From assembly GCA_028534125.1 (NCBI GenBank), contig CM052816.1:56856001-56920000 (forward strand): a stretch of 64,000 bases of DNA, written 5' to 3'. The notes beneath the pieces are model-generated. The model was not told the origin of the DNA. It worked only from the letters and a program-made list of their open reading frames with translations, and searched no databases. Below are positions 25,951-38,735 of the stretch, one piece after another (within the stretch, counting starts at the first letter, position 1; each line of letters starts with the position of its first letter). Made by a program: the position numbers and the translations under genes. The DNA comes from Lama glama. Taxonomy: Eukaryota.

Positions 25951-28309
25951 GAAGTCACCATAATTCAAAATTCTCATGAAAACCACGGTTTTGACCATGA
26001 ATAGCAATGTGAGAGGGACTCCCTTACTCATCCAACGTGCTTTTCCCGTTAGAAATGATGACAACCCGAAGCGGAGAAGCCTCTCCCTCAGCCAGGCCTT
26101 CCTAAAACAGACTTCAGATAATGATAGCAGCTGGAAAGGCAAAATGACCTTGAGTCTCAGGGTTTCGCGTGAAGACCTGCCGCCCACAGACCCAGGACAG
26201 GGCTGTGGCCCGAGGGACTGGCCACCAAGACCCCGAGCCAGAAAGGAGCACCCCTCCACAGCTGTCAACAACACCCTTCCTGGGCTTTGGTCATTTTCTC
26301 CTCCCTTCCTGCTCTCACCTTGCCCAGCCCACCTTGCTGTCAGAGCACCTGAGGTAGAGGGCAAGGCTGAAGAAGACAACAAGAAAATCCTGTTTTGTGT
26401 CTGAAGTCCTTTGCCCTGTTCCAAGACAAAGGTCTGGGCTTTTGCCTTGATAAAGGGGCCCCAAATTGGCATTGCCGGCAACCTCATGCTGCACTCCCAG
26501 CTCATTCTACTTCACAGAGCTGGAACCCCAAGGCACTGCCTTTAAAAGAAAAAGTTCTGATCATTGCCAGAATTTCAAGGTTCTCAAGACAAAAATAAAA
26601 ACAAATTCTTTTCAAAACTAAAAAACATTTCCAACCCTACAGTGTCTACTGGAAATTAACTGAACCAACACACCGGACAAAAATGGCTTCCAAACCATGG
26701 TGAACAACAAAAAAAAAAGGTTGATAGGTTAATGGCCTTCATTGTTGTTCCCTTTTACATCACTAGTATTATGTCTTTTCTTTCTTTCTCTCCCTTCCTC
26801 TCCCTTTTTTGCATAAATTCTGTCAAATGTGTAGATAGAAAAAAATCAGAGAATGTAAGAGGAGGACCAACTATTATAAGATGTTATCCCCAAACTCATT
26901 CTGACTAAAAAAACAACAACAAAAAAAAAAAAAACAAGCAAAACTAGCACTTGTGGAACCCTCACCAGCTGAGGACATATAATCATGCTATCTGTAGTTT
27001 TCTTGCCTTCTCTCAAGCACTGAGCTTGATCAATATTTAAATAAGCACTTGGCTTTCAACTTCTCTAGGTTCAAATATTAAGCAAAGTATACTCTAGCAA
27101 CCTTAAAAGAAGCCCATGAATTTCTGCAGCAGGAAGCTATCAATTGTGTAAATAATCCTCTGCATCTGATTGATTTTGCTGCTCCAGGTATAGGTCACTC
27201 AGGACACTGAGATAGTGCTAAGCTTGGCCGCAATGGCCATTGGTTTAGAATTCAAAGACTACACATTCTCCGTCCCCAGACAAGAGACATTAGGCCAACA
27301 AGAAACCAGGTTGGTAATTCAGTTGGGAAAATTCTAACTTGCCGGTGAGCATTACACCAGTGTCCTAGCTCACCTCTGTCTCTCGAGTTATTCAGTCTCC
27401 ATTCATCCTCAGACGGAACTCCTCCATAAATCCTTTCTTCATTGTCATGGTTTCTGCCACCCTCTGAATTTTGGCCAAGTTTAATGTTGTCACTACACAA
27501 TTTAGCCCCCGATTCCATCCGCTGGCATATGTGGGACTATTACGGGCTTTTATCCTCCTTCACTTGTCATTTCAAAGGACAAAGACTGTTTCTTACCCCG
27601 GTCATCTTCACAGTCCTGACACCGGACACCTCTGCAGTCATTAACACTAGTTTTCCTAAGTAAGCTATCACACCAGTTAATGCAGGTTGGAAAATGTTTA
27701 TCACAGTTTTCAAACTTTCCTTTAATGGATTATAACCACTCCAAATTCTATTATCTATTTAATTCTTTCCTGCTCTGCATTCTATTTCCCTTGCCAATAA
27801 TTCTCAAAGACTGAATAACTGTATATCTAATGTTTGGACATATGAGTTAGGGAAATTACCAGTACTTCTGAAATAAAAGCACGAGAGGAGAGAGAGACTA
27901 AAAACTTGGGGTATGGGGCACAAGTTTTGGAACTAGAAATAGGATGAGCTTGGGAAGAGCCAATCTCTCTAAGCCTCCATTTCCTCAACTGTAAAATGAA
28001 CATAAGAATAGTATTTATAATCATTGTGAAAATTAGCTGAGTGAAGGTGATTATGGAACACATAATAAGGATGCAGAAAATGCTGGCAATTAATATTCCA
28101 TATTAATATGGATATATTAGGAGAACACTTAAGAGCTTTGAGAATTAATAGAGCATGTCAGACTCCGAGGTCAGAAACTAGTTCTGGATTATACACTTGG
28201 TTGCTCAGACTGAGAAGGTCATGCAACACAGAGAAAAGAGGCCAAAATGATCAAAACCAGGGGACAAATCTTGTGGGGAAATGCTCAGTTTGCATTCTGG
28301 CTACATATT

Positions 28310-28735
28310 AGCATCACTTTGGAAGCTTTAAAAAAAAAAAAAAACTTGATCCCCACAATCCCACCCCAGACTTAATTATTTCAGAATCTCTAGGGCATGG
28401 GCCCTTATGATGGATTTGGCTTTTTAAGCTCCCCAGGTGATTCCAATGGCCAGCCAAAGTTGGGAACAGCTGGATTAAAGGAACAGAATTTGTTGCCACT
28501 GGAAAAGGGTGAGAGCCAGCCCTCAATTATTTGAGGTTAAGGGAATGAGCTCTTTCATTTCTACTAATGATGAACAACCCTGTTTAAATTGCAGGTGCTT
28601 TGTGTAATCACTTGGCGATCTTGTCAAAATGCAGATTCTGACTCAATGTCAGATGGAGGCTGATACTCTGCATTTCTGACAAGCTCCAGGTGGTGCCATT
28701 GCTGCTGGTCTGTGGACTGTACTCTGGGTAGCAAA
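28310..28735. mobile_element. Two MER5-family hAT MITEs (~28310-28470 and ~28590-28735)
   Basis: aagctccccaggtgattccaatggccagccaaagttgggaac; aatgcagattctga...tctgcatttctgacaagctccaggtg. Confidence 0.7.
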
Positions 28736-29799
28736 ATAATAAAGAGATCTAAAACCGATATTAGGAACAAAAAGTAGAGAAATGCTCTCATTATTACAGA
28801 AGAACTCTTGACATCTCTGACTATTTTTAATCAATATTTATTGTGCACCAACTATGCACAAAATATGTTTTGCAATCTTTTAAGAAAAGAATAGACCATC
28901 TCCAGCCAGTTTGAAGTGTGAAGACTTCCCTACAGGGAAGGTACAGACTCTCAAACAGGACAGACCTCTCCACTAGGCACAGCGGGCTCAGTGCCCAAAG
29001 CCCAAAATACTTTCAGAAGAAGCTAAATGTTTTAATTCCTTTTATAATCAAAATGAAAAAAAATCAACTTTTAGGTCAAAGAAATGTTTTAACATATAAT
29101 ATTAATATATTTGTCTTTATAATAATGGAGTCATAAAATGTAATTATTCTATTTTATTTTACTTTATCTTTTATGGAGGAAGTGACCCATGAAGACAAAA
29201 GTGTTAGGGCCTCACAGAACTCATAACGTGGCTGTGTGATCAGTCCATTTTTGCCCCAGGTAGTTTTAGGAAAGCACATGAAGCCTATTGTGGCTGATAT
29301 TTGTGTAGTGATATTTACACAAATAACAGGAAGATATTGGGAAAAATATAAATTGCGCCTTGAATGGAGTCATATAACCACACAGAGTTGATCACTTCCC
29401 ACATGCATGATTTGCGGAACACTGAGAATGCTCCATTGACAAACAGTATTCCTCTTTGGCTGGTTCCTGGACTCTAAAATTCTACCATTAGAGATTTTTT
29501 CTCACCTCCAGAGCTAGTCTTTAAAGACCTACACTATCTAAAGACCCTTCCTTTGTAACATCGACATTCTTTCAGCCCCAATTCTTTTTACCTTCCAGAT
29601 CCAGGACCCTATCTCAGGAACTTAGCAGAAAATTTTCTTCCAAAAGAAGAAAACAATGATGAGATTCCATTTTGTAAGAAACACCAATTCTAATGAGTTC
29701 CTAAAAATTTAGATGGGCTCATTCATGGCTAAACCACATCACCATCATCACTGTTACTCAATACAGTCACCTCAACAAAAATGACTGATTATTTTACTG

Positions 29800-29980
29800 T
29801 CCACTGCACTAGCTGTTAGTCACATGCGACTACTTAAACTAATTAAAAGGAAATAAAATCTAAAAATCAGTTCCTCATTGCATTAGCCACACTTTGAGTG
29901 CTCAATAGCCACATGTTACATATTGGACAATCCTGATACAGTATATTTCCATCAGCACAGAAAGTTCCATCAGTGCTGTT
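29800..29980. mobile_element. MER3-like hAT MITE
   Basis: tagccacactttgagtgctcaatagccacatg...atattggaca...atttccatcagcacagaaagttcc. Confidence 0.7.
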
Positions 29981-31516
29981 TCAAGGGTTTTGAATAAAGA
30001 GGGGACCACCCATCCTAGACCCTCTGAAACGCAAGGCCAGTTTGGGAAGTATGCACACTCTAGCTCAGGCACATTTTTTGGTTCCCATTTGTCAACTGAT
30101 AAACAATGACACAGATCATCAGTTACTCTGTTCTTTTCTAAACCTCCCAAACCAAACTTTGTAGAAAACCAACTTATTGTGGAAATCCCTTTGCCCTTCA
30201 AGAAAGCTAGGCCTTTTTGACTTGTGAAGGCCATTAAATCCTATGCTAAATCCACCCAAGGAACTGTAAAGGTTTCTCCCATGATCTAGAACTTTTTATC
30301 CCAAAAAGTGACTGCTAATTTGCATCACTAGTTTGTTTGGGTGGCTCCCTTGCAAAACGGCTCCTCAAGTTGCAGCTGACTTCTTCAATTTTAAACCAAC
30401 CCAAAGGCCCCCTTTTGATCTTTGGGGTATAACTACAAGGCAGGCCAGCTGGATGATGCCCCAAATGTATATGTCTATAAATCTCCCACCATCAGCAATT
30501 TTGTTTCCAAGAGCACTGCTGTGTGTTCAGGTACAGGGTGTGGGGCAGAACAACACAGTATCTAGCATTTCTCCAATCCCCTAATACCTACTGAACACTT
30601 GCATGAATCTATTAAATCTCAGCCCGAAGCAAGTTTTCACAGTTATATAATAAAAGCCATTAAAAAACAGAGTTGATAACTGAGATACTAACACCACTTT
30701 AATGAGGGAGGAGATAATACAGGTGGGAAATAATGTGTGTGCTGCTGTCACATGGGCTGTAATTATATGTAAGACTTCTGGTGACATGACAGATGGTGAG
30801 AATGAAGCTTCAGTGTTATGCACATGATGTCATTTGGAAACCTCAGAATGCACGTATAGCTTTGGGCAGCTATTCCTCATTGAAGAGGATTGAGATCCTG
30901 TTTTTCCGTTTACAAAGGGCAGGCAGAGGAAGGGAAAAGACAGGAAAATCTATAAATAAAATTGGTATGAATCAGTTTCCACCCCCCCCAAAAAAAAACC
31001 TATACAAAAACATTTTAACTCAGCTTTTAAAAATGCATTCAGACCCATTTGATTGCTCACAACATCCAACCCAAGAACTAAGTTTGGAAGCTTGCCACTA
31101 AAGGATCCAGGAATTTAATAGCCTAAGTTAAATATCCTGGAATTTCTGAATCCAACTCAAAAGACCAAGATAGGCGATGCTAAGTGCAGCATGCGGGAAC
31201 TGTTGTTGTTGCTGCCGCTGTTTTCGGTTCTGAGAAGACCCCCTTCCCACCCACCCCTGAAGTTGGTATTTTGGCACACTAAGGAGGTGGGTAGGGCAGG
31301 TAAGCTTACAGAGACCCTGAGACGCCAACTCAGATGAAGAGATTGAAGAATTATCCATGGTGGGGAGGATACAGGGTAATATAGGGGTAGGGGATTAAGA
31401 GGTACAAACTATTATGTATAAAATAAGCTACAAGGACATGTTGTACAACACCGGAAATACAGCCAATATTTTATAATAACTATAAATGGAGTGTAACCTT
31501 TAAAAATGGTGACTTA

Positions 31517-31681
31517 GTGGAGGGAGGGTATAGTTCAGTGGTAGAGTGTGTTCTGAGCATCCATGAGGTGCTGGATTCAGTCCCCAGTGCCTCCATTAAA
31601 AAATAATAATAAATTTTTAAAAAACAAAAAAAAACCCTAATTACCTTCCCCCCAAAAATGAAAAACAAAACATAAATAAAT
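31517..31681 (+). mobile_element. tRNA-derived SINE (Vic-1-like) inserted in an L1 3' end (~31360-31755)
   Basis: Same family head and body; degenerate TSD aaatggtgactta (31504-31516) / aaattgtggctca (31682-31694); the L1 3' UTR continues on both sides. Confidence 0.88.
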
Positions 31682-32105
31682 AAATTGTGGCTCACTGTAG
31701 TGTACAGCTGTGACTTATATAATATTGTACATCAATTATACATCAATAAAAAACTTTGCTTTAATTTTTAAAAAAGAATTATCCATAATGTACAAAGGAA
31801 AATTGAAACACTTAGGGAAAAAATGGTGAGTCCAAAAAAAAAAAATGTGTCTTTGACTCTTCTTGTTTTTATATAATGAAGTGTCCTACCTGGAGTCCTG
31901 CCACAAAAGGAAGTTGATTTGCTTCTAGCAAAAAAAAAAAAAAAAAGCCTTTAAATTATCACTCTCTGATATTATTCCATAGTGCAAATAATTAGCTGTT
32001 TTTCATTTTGAAAAATAATTTCAGCCACAGCATGGAAAGCAGCCACAACAGAAGTGGTGGACAAACCCATGGAGCTTACAGGATGGTCTCTGCCTCCCTC
32101 TAGAC

Positions 32106-32329
32106 CAGGGGTCAGCAGACCTTTTCCATAAAAGGCCAAATAGTACAAATTTCAGGCCTTGTGGGCTGTATGTTCTCTGTCAAAACCACTCAACTGTGCC
32201 ACAGCCGTACAAAAACAGTGATCCACAATATGTAAACAAATGAGCTTGTCTGTGTTCCAAAACTTTGTATTCACAAAAATAGGCAGGGGGCTGGATTTGA
32301 GCCACAGTCTATAGTTGGCCTACTCACTG
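32106..32329. mobile_element. MER58A-like hAT-Charlie MITE
   Basis: Starts CAGGGGTCAGCA, ends ...CACTG; perfect 8-bp TSD CTCTAGAC (32098-32105 / 32330-32337). Confidence 0.88.
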
Positions 32330-32379
32330 CTCTAGACCACTGGAATATGATGGGAGCTTTGAAAACCGCTGAAGTCTGT

Positions 32380-32620
32380 TGCAGACATAGTAAACAATCT
32401 TATGGTTACTGGGGAAAGAGGATGGGAAGGGATAAATTTGGGAGTTTGAGATTTACAGATGTTAGCCACTATATATAAAAATAAAATTTTAAAAATCTTC
32501 TTCTGTATAGCACAAGGAAGTATGTTCAATATCTTGTAATAACCTTTATTTTAAAAAAATGAAAACGAATATACGTATGTATATGCATGACTGGGACATT
32601 GTGCTTGTACACCAGAAACT
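32380..32620 (+). mobile_element. L1 3' end fragment
   Basis: agacatagtaaacaatcttatggttactgggg...tgtatagcacaaggaagtatgttcaatatcttg. Confidence 0.8.
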
Positions 32621-32848
32621 TCACTTTTCTAGCAGAAAAGGCCCCTCTACCATCCTTAAATTCTCTCTTTTCCACCCTACCTTGACTTATTAGTGGGGGA
32701 CCTACTACAGCAGGTGAAACAGGGCCCTAGGGCTTCTGGATGGAAGCTCCAAAATGCAGACAAATTGAAACACTTCATAGTTGTCTGCAACCAAAATGTT
32801 GTAGATACAAACTCTCCTGTCTTTATCTTTTAAAATTTAAGGTCTTCG

Positions 32849-33011
32849 ATAAAATAGATAAACAACAAGGTCCTACTGTATAGCACAGGGAAATTATTCA
32901 ATATCTTGTAATGGCATATAATGAAAAAGAATATGAAAAGGAATATGTACGTATTTATAACTGAAATTAACACAGCATTGTAAACCGACTATACTTCGAT
33001 ATGGAAAAAAC
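32849..33011 (+). mobile_element. L1 3' end fragment
   Basis: Same 3' UTR family; TSD core AGGTCTTCG (32840-32848 / 33017-33025). Confidence 0.85.
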
Positions 33012-34399
33012 AATCGAGGTCTTCGGAATTAGCTGCTCCTTGTGAAATACAAGGAGATACGGAAAAGGAGATGAGCAGGAGTTGCCAGTGGAACCACACG
33101 GTGGTCAAGGAGATCAATAAGCCAAGTAATAAAACACAAGAATCGCATATGCGTTTCACAAACTTTTCTGTAAGACTCTGCATTTGGCTTAATAGATAAC
33201 AAATATTCTCTTATGATTTCTAGTAACAATTTTATAAATAATTTCTATTGGTCCCCTAGAACACTCACAATATACCCCAGATTACTAACCACATTATAAA
33301 AAATCTCATTTGCCATCACTCTCACACTCTCCCCTACCCCAATCACACTTGAGTGGCTCAGGATCTACTTGTTTTGCCATCAGTTTTGGCTCTGCTAAAA
33401 TGCACCGTTAAAATGGCTTTGTTGACAAGTGCAAAATAACCATGTCCTTAAAACATTCCTTAGTAGAAAACATTGCCTTCTTTCATACAATACGAGCTGT
33501 CTTAAGAAACAGGTGAAGAGTGTTCAGGAGAAGAATGGAAATGGTATTCTGTAAAATCTTCAATATGCTGCAATCTGACTTTCACCTTTGATATGGACTG
33601 CATGACAAATTGTATAAACCGTAATAAGCAAACATCACACCACAAGATTAAAGCCCCAGTGTGAAAGTAACATTAATCACTCCAAACACCTATTTGCTTT
33701 TTTGTTGGCATCAAAATGTAATTGTTTCTCTGTAAGTTAAACATACCTCATGGTACAATGCTGATCCAAATCTCTGCAGCTGGCAACATGAAAGGGAAGC
33801 TTATCATCTTTCATCCATTGTATGAACGTGTTTTCCTCCAACCAGAATGATCAACTTGAATTAAAGTTTATTCTGCCCTCCTCTATAAACGTGGCCAAAC
33901 CCAGCACTTCAAGTTTGAGTTAGTACAAAAGTATGATCTGTTTGTCCACTAGGTTGATTAAAGTATAAAGCTTCACGGGGAAGAGAGAATGAGATCACAA
34001 ACACATTTGAGAATCTGAAAAAAATCTCAGATTGTTGCCCCAAAATAACACACATTCACTCATATTCACCAAATTGAGAATTTACTTTTCAGAGGGATCT
34101 TGGTCCCACCAAAGCCGATTTATGGTCCACAGATTAAGAATGCATACATTTGAACAAAAACTTCATAGGGTACAGAAATTAAATCATCTGCACTTCTTGG
34201 TAGCAATAGCATATATATATATGAAGTGGACACTCTACCCTAGTTATTAATGGAATAATTTATCTTCCTTATTAAATGAATCTTCCTTATGAAATTAAGA
34301 TTAAATAACATTTGGAAGTAGGATTTAGTAATAAATCAGTTTTTAGAAAGGAGTTTTGCAGATCCTTCCCTCAGTGTCCCCTCACAAAGAGCTTGTCCA

Positions 34400-35341
34400 T
34401 AAATATTGGCAAACCATCCATCTGATGGGGGTACTATCTAAAAACATACAAGGAACATGTACAACTTAATAGCATAATCATCATCATCATCATCATCATC
34501 ATCTGATTAAAAAAAGAGCAGAGGACCTTAATAGACATTTTCCCAAAGAAGTCGTGCAAGTGGCCAACAGGGACATGAAAATGTGCTCAGCGTCACCAAT
34601 CACCAGGGAAATGCAAATCAAAACCGCAATTAGTGGGTGAAATTAGTGAGCGAATGCTTAAGCTGAAACAGGGTATTTGCATAATCTCAAAGTATCTCTC
34701 CTAAATATTTCTCAATTACAAAGGGAAAAATGATAACTTAACAGTGGAGAACGTGGCCTGCAATGCCTTCATTAACTAAGGGAGCAAAGCTAACACCACC
34801 AGTGGTAAGACAAACTGACATCACGTAGAACTGACATGACACTTTGATAAAGACACAATATCACATCTGTGATATTCTTGTCCAAAACACGTAGCCTGAA
34901 TCTAATTACGAGAAAACATCAGACAACCCCAAACCAAGACACATTCTACAAAAGAAATGACAAGTATTCATCCACAGTTTCAAGGTCATGAAAGACAAGG
35001 AAAGACTAAGGGACCATCACAGATTGGGGGAGATTAAGGAGACACAAAAACTAAATGCAGTAAAAGAGCCTGGATTGGATCCTACAACAGAAAAAAAGTT
35101 TTCAGGGAGAAAACTGGAGAAACTGGTATATTTTCGTTAACAGCATCGCACCTGTGTTAATTTCCTGGTGTTGACACTTGTCCTGTGGGTAACAACCTAA
35201 GTTGTTAACATCAGAGGAAGCTGGGGAAAGCTGCACTATTCCTAGAACTTTTCTGTAAGTCTAAAATGTTTCAAAATAAAAATAAAATAATAAAATAAAA
35301 TAAAATAAAATAAAATAAAATAAAATAAAATAAAATAAAAA
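34400..35341 (+). mobile_element. Old L1 (L1MC4-like) with (CAT)n at ~34477-34503 and a (TAAAA)n tail at ~35272-35341
   Basis: aatagacattttcccaaagaag...gggaaatgcaaatcaaaaccgcaat (ORF2 end) followed by an L1MC-type 3' UTR. Confidence 0.75.
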
Positions 35342-36289
35342 CCTAGTCTTTTGAAGCCTTCTGTCCTGGAAGCTTCCATTTTTATCTAGTTCTCAAGAGA
35401 GAATTAGAAAACTCACTGTCTTGTTTAGCCCCGAGGGAGAGACCACCTCCCTCCCTGCTGGCCCGGCTCAGCCCCATCTCAAGCCTGACATTTGCCTCTC
35501 AGAATTCAGCCTTCAAACAGCAAACATTTATTTAGCACCTCCTGCATAGTTTACTTCTCTTATCCATTCAATCTTTTGTCAACTGCTATTTAAGTGTCAA
35601 CAGTCTAATTTTAAATATTGTCCTCACTTCTGTCCGTCTGAGATGGATCCTGGAGTTTCATACTCGCATCTCCTTCACAGCTGAGAAAGAAATCCAGAGA
35701 TGAACTAATCCACGTTACTAACAGGACTAGTGATCTAACAGTTTATATTGGTTGAGCTGAACATTAAACGTTAGCATTCCTCTGACTAGCAAATGACCTC
35801 TTTGTCCTGTTTTCTAAGAAAATTTATCATCCATCACGTGGCCTGCTTATAGCAACAGCAGAGACAGTGTGTTATTTACAAGGACAACCTGTTACCTGGG
35901 TTTCATTGCAGAGCTTGATGTATTCGTCTTCTGTGACTTAGAAATCATTACATTCATTATTACTGAAAAGAAAAAGCCTGCAGTAAACATTAGAGCATCT
36001 TGACTAGAAGCTCACTGACTTGGGCAGTGGTAAATTTATTTTTAACAAAACAAGAAAACATCAACAAGTAAAACTGCATCAGGACCTTGGTGATTGGAGC
36101 CCAGATTGGAGTTTCCCTGCTAACTACTTCAGCTTCTTCTCTTGCAAAATGGGAGTAATATTCATTTCCTATGCTTTCATAGGGGCCATTGCACCCTGAA
36201 ATTTTACAAGGCAATGAGTCCTAGGAACTTTCATTTAGTATATCCTTTATCCATATCTCAGCTAAGTCATATTTTCCTGCTCAAGACTT

Positions 36290-36500
36290 TTTTTAATTCT
36301 TATTTTTTATTGAAGTGTGATCGATTTACAGTGTTAGTTTCAGGTGTACAGCAAAGCAATTCAGTTATACATATACATACATATTTTTTTTCAGATTCGT
36401 TTCCATTACAGCTCATTAGAAGACATTGAATATATTTCCCTGTGCTATACAGTAGGTCCTTGTTGTTTATCTGTTTTATATATAGTAATGTGTATCTGTT
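36290..36500 (-). mobile_element. L1 3' end fragment
   Basis: Reverse complement of the same 3' UTR (ttccctgtgctatacagtaggtccttgttgtttatc). Confidence 0.85.
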
Positions 36501-36837
36501 AAACATACCTAAAGGATGTTTTTGATACTGTGAAGGCTTCAAATCCTTAACTCTTTTTTGATACTGACATAATAGATTGGGGGAGGGAGGGGACAAAGTT
36601 ACTTACATATTTTACAAACAAAATCATGTTACCTTTTCTTTAGCTGGGAACACACACACATAAGGTGAGAGGTCTCCACGTCTTTGGTGGGGAACATAAA
36701 TTACCTGTTTCGAGGTCTTACTTGGGAGTATATTATTCCTACAATGTATGCATGAAATGTTTTTATTATTAATTGAAGATTTTAACGTTGATACTCATAA
36801 ATGAATTGATAGTTTGCCCTTGTGGAGGAGAGAGGTA

Positions 36838-38200
36838 TATCAATCAGGGTAGTCTAAATTATACAGCGGTAACGAGCAATCCCAAAATCTCAGTAGCTTA
36901 CTCATGTTACATATCCACTGTAGGTCCAATGTGTCATCTCTCTGGAGTGAGGTGGACAAAGCAGCTTTTCTGGCACGTTGCTGGTCTTCAAGGTAAGAGA
37001 AGAGCGATCTGGTGAACGCTGAACTGGATTTAAAAGCTTCTGTGGCTGATTTTTGGATTGGGTTGTCTTTTTCTTAGTAAGTTGTATGAGCTGTTTGTAT
37101 ATTCTGGAAATCAAACCTTTGTCAGTCACATCATTTACAAATATTTCTTCCTATTTTGTAGGTTGTTGTTTTGTTTTGCTTATGGTTTTCTTTGCTGTGC
37201 AAACGCTTATAAGTTTAATTAGGTCCCATTTGTTAGTTTTTGCTTTTACTTCTATTGCCTAGGTAGACTGCCCTAGGAGAACGTTGCTAAGATTTATGTC
37301 AGAGAATGTTTTGCCTATGTTTTCTTCTTGTCTTATATTTAAGTCTTTATGACATTTTGTGCTTATTTTTGTGTACAGTGTGAGGGGATATTCTAACTTC
37401 ACTGATTTACATGCAGCTGTCCAGTTTTCCCAACACTACTTGCTGAAAGACTGTCTTTTCTCCATTGTATATTCTTGCCTCCTTTGTTGAAGATTAATTG
37501 ACCATAGGTCTGTAGGTTTATTTCTGGGCTCTCTATTCTGTTCCATTGATCCATATACCTGGTTTTATGCCAATATTACACTGTTTTGATCACTGTAGTG
37601 CTGTAGTTCTATCTGAAGTCTGAGAGGGTTATTCCTCCAGCTTCATTCTTTTTCTTCAGTATTGCTTTGGCAATGGTTCCATGTAAATTTTAGGATTATT
37701 TGTTCTAGTTCTGTGAAAAATATCCTGGGTAGTTTGATAGGGAGCACATTAAATCTGTAGAATACCTTGGGCAGTATTGCCATTTTAACAATATTGATTC
37801 TTCCTCCTAGAGCATGGGATATCTTTCTATTTCTTTAAGTCTTCTTTAATTTCCTTAATCAGTGTTTTGTAGTTCTCCATGTGTAAGTCTTTCATCTCCT
37901 TGAAACTGACACATTGTAACTGTACCTCAATAAATAAATAAATAAATAAATAAATAAATATTTAAAAATAAAAGCTTCTGCTTATCAGTGGTACAATGTC
38001 GCTTCTGCCCTATTTCATAGACCAAGGCAAATGGTATGACCATGCCAGACTTCCACAGGGTGGGGTTCTGTCATTCCACCACAAGAAGGAAGGCCTTGCC
38101 TTGAGTCCTAGGGGCAAGGCAGATGTCTGTGGCCTGAAGAAGTACAATCTGCCTCCTGCCCCAGGACAGCAAATATTTTGAACAATAGTACAACCTACCA
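36838..38200. mobile_element. MLT1-type (ERVL-MaLR) solo LTR split by the inverted L1
   Basis: MLT1-like signature gtaacgagcaatcccaaaatctcagtagctta; sequence is continuous across the TSD. Confidence 0.6.
37043..37968. mobile_element. 5'-inverted L1 insertion: antisense ORF2 segment 37043-37901, then a short sense 3' end and (TAAA)n tail
   Basis: Minus strand encodes TDKGLISRIYKQLIQL (L1 ORF2 C-terminal region); sense gaaactgacacattgtaactgtacctcaataaa; perfect TSD TAAAAGCTTCTG (37031-37042 / 37969-37980). Confidence 0.9.
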
Positions 38201-38599
38201 GTAAGAGGTTTGTCAGGTCTACAGTTGTGTTCTGCAAGTTTTAGAGAATGTTGTTGGAAGTTTTCTTCTCCAAGTTTTAGATCCATTTAAATACATTAGA
38301 ATCTTCTGCTCCTTGAAATTTTGAAAAAATTTACCAGTAAAACATTTGAGTTCAGTGTTTTTCAGATTACCTTCTCAATTACTTCCCTATTCAGTGTTCT
38401 GTTTCAATTTTCTGTCTCTTTGGGACCTATTTGTTTGATTTATATTTTCAAAGAAAGCATTTGTGTAATTCAGCTTTTTAAATATATTTAAATAAAGTTT
38501 TGTCAAATATTCTTCTAAGTTGTTTAAATTTCCTCTGTGTCTGTGGTTACTTCTTTTCCTTTTTTTTTTCTTTTTTTTTTAAGTGGCTTGTTCCTTCTT

Positions 38600-38735
38600 T
38601 TTTCCCCAGCTTTATTGAAGTATAATTGAGAAATAAAATTGTATATATTTCAGGTGTACAATGTGACGATTTAATTTTAGTATACAGTGATTATTACACC
38701 CAAGCTAATTAACATAGCCATCACCTCACATAGTA
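38600..38735 (-). mobile_element. L1 3' end fragment
   Basis: cagctttattgaagtataattgagaaataaaattgtatatatt...aagctaattaacatagccatcacctcacatag. Confidence 0.75.

Noticed and set aside
25948..26505. 185-aa and 142-aa ORFs flanking the CpG island
   Set aside because: Overlapping opposite-strand ORFs with no recognisable homology or splice support.
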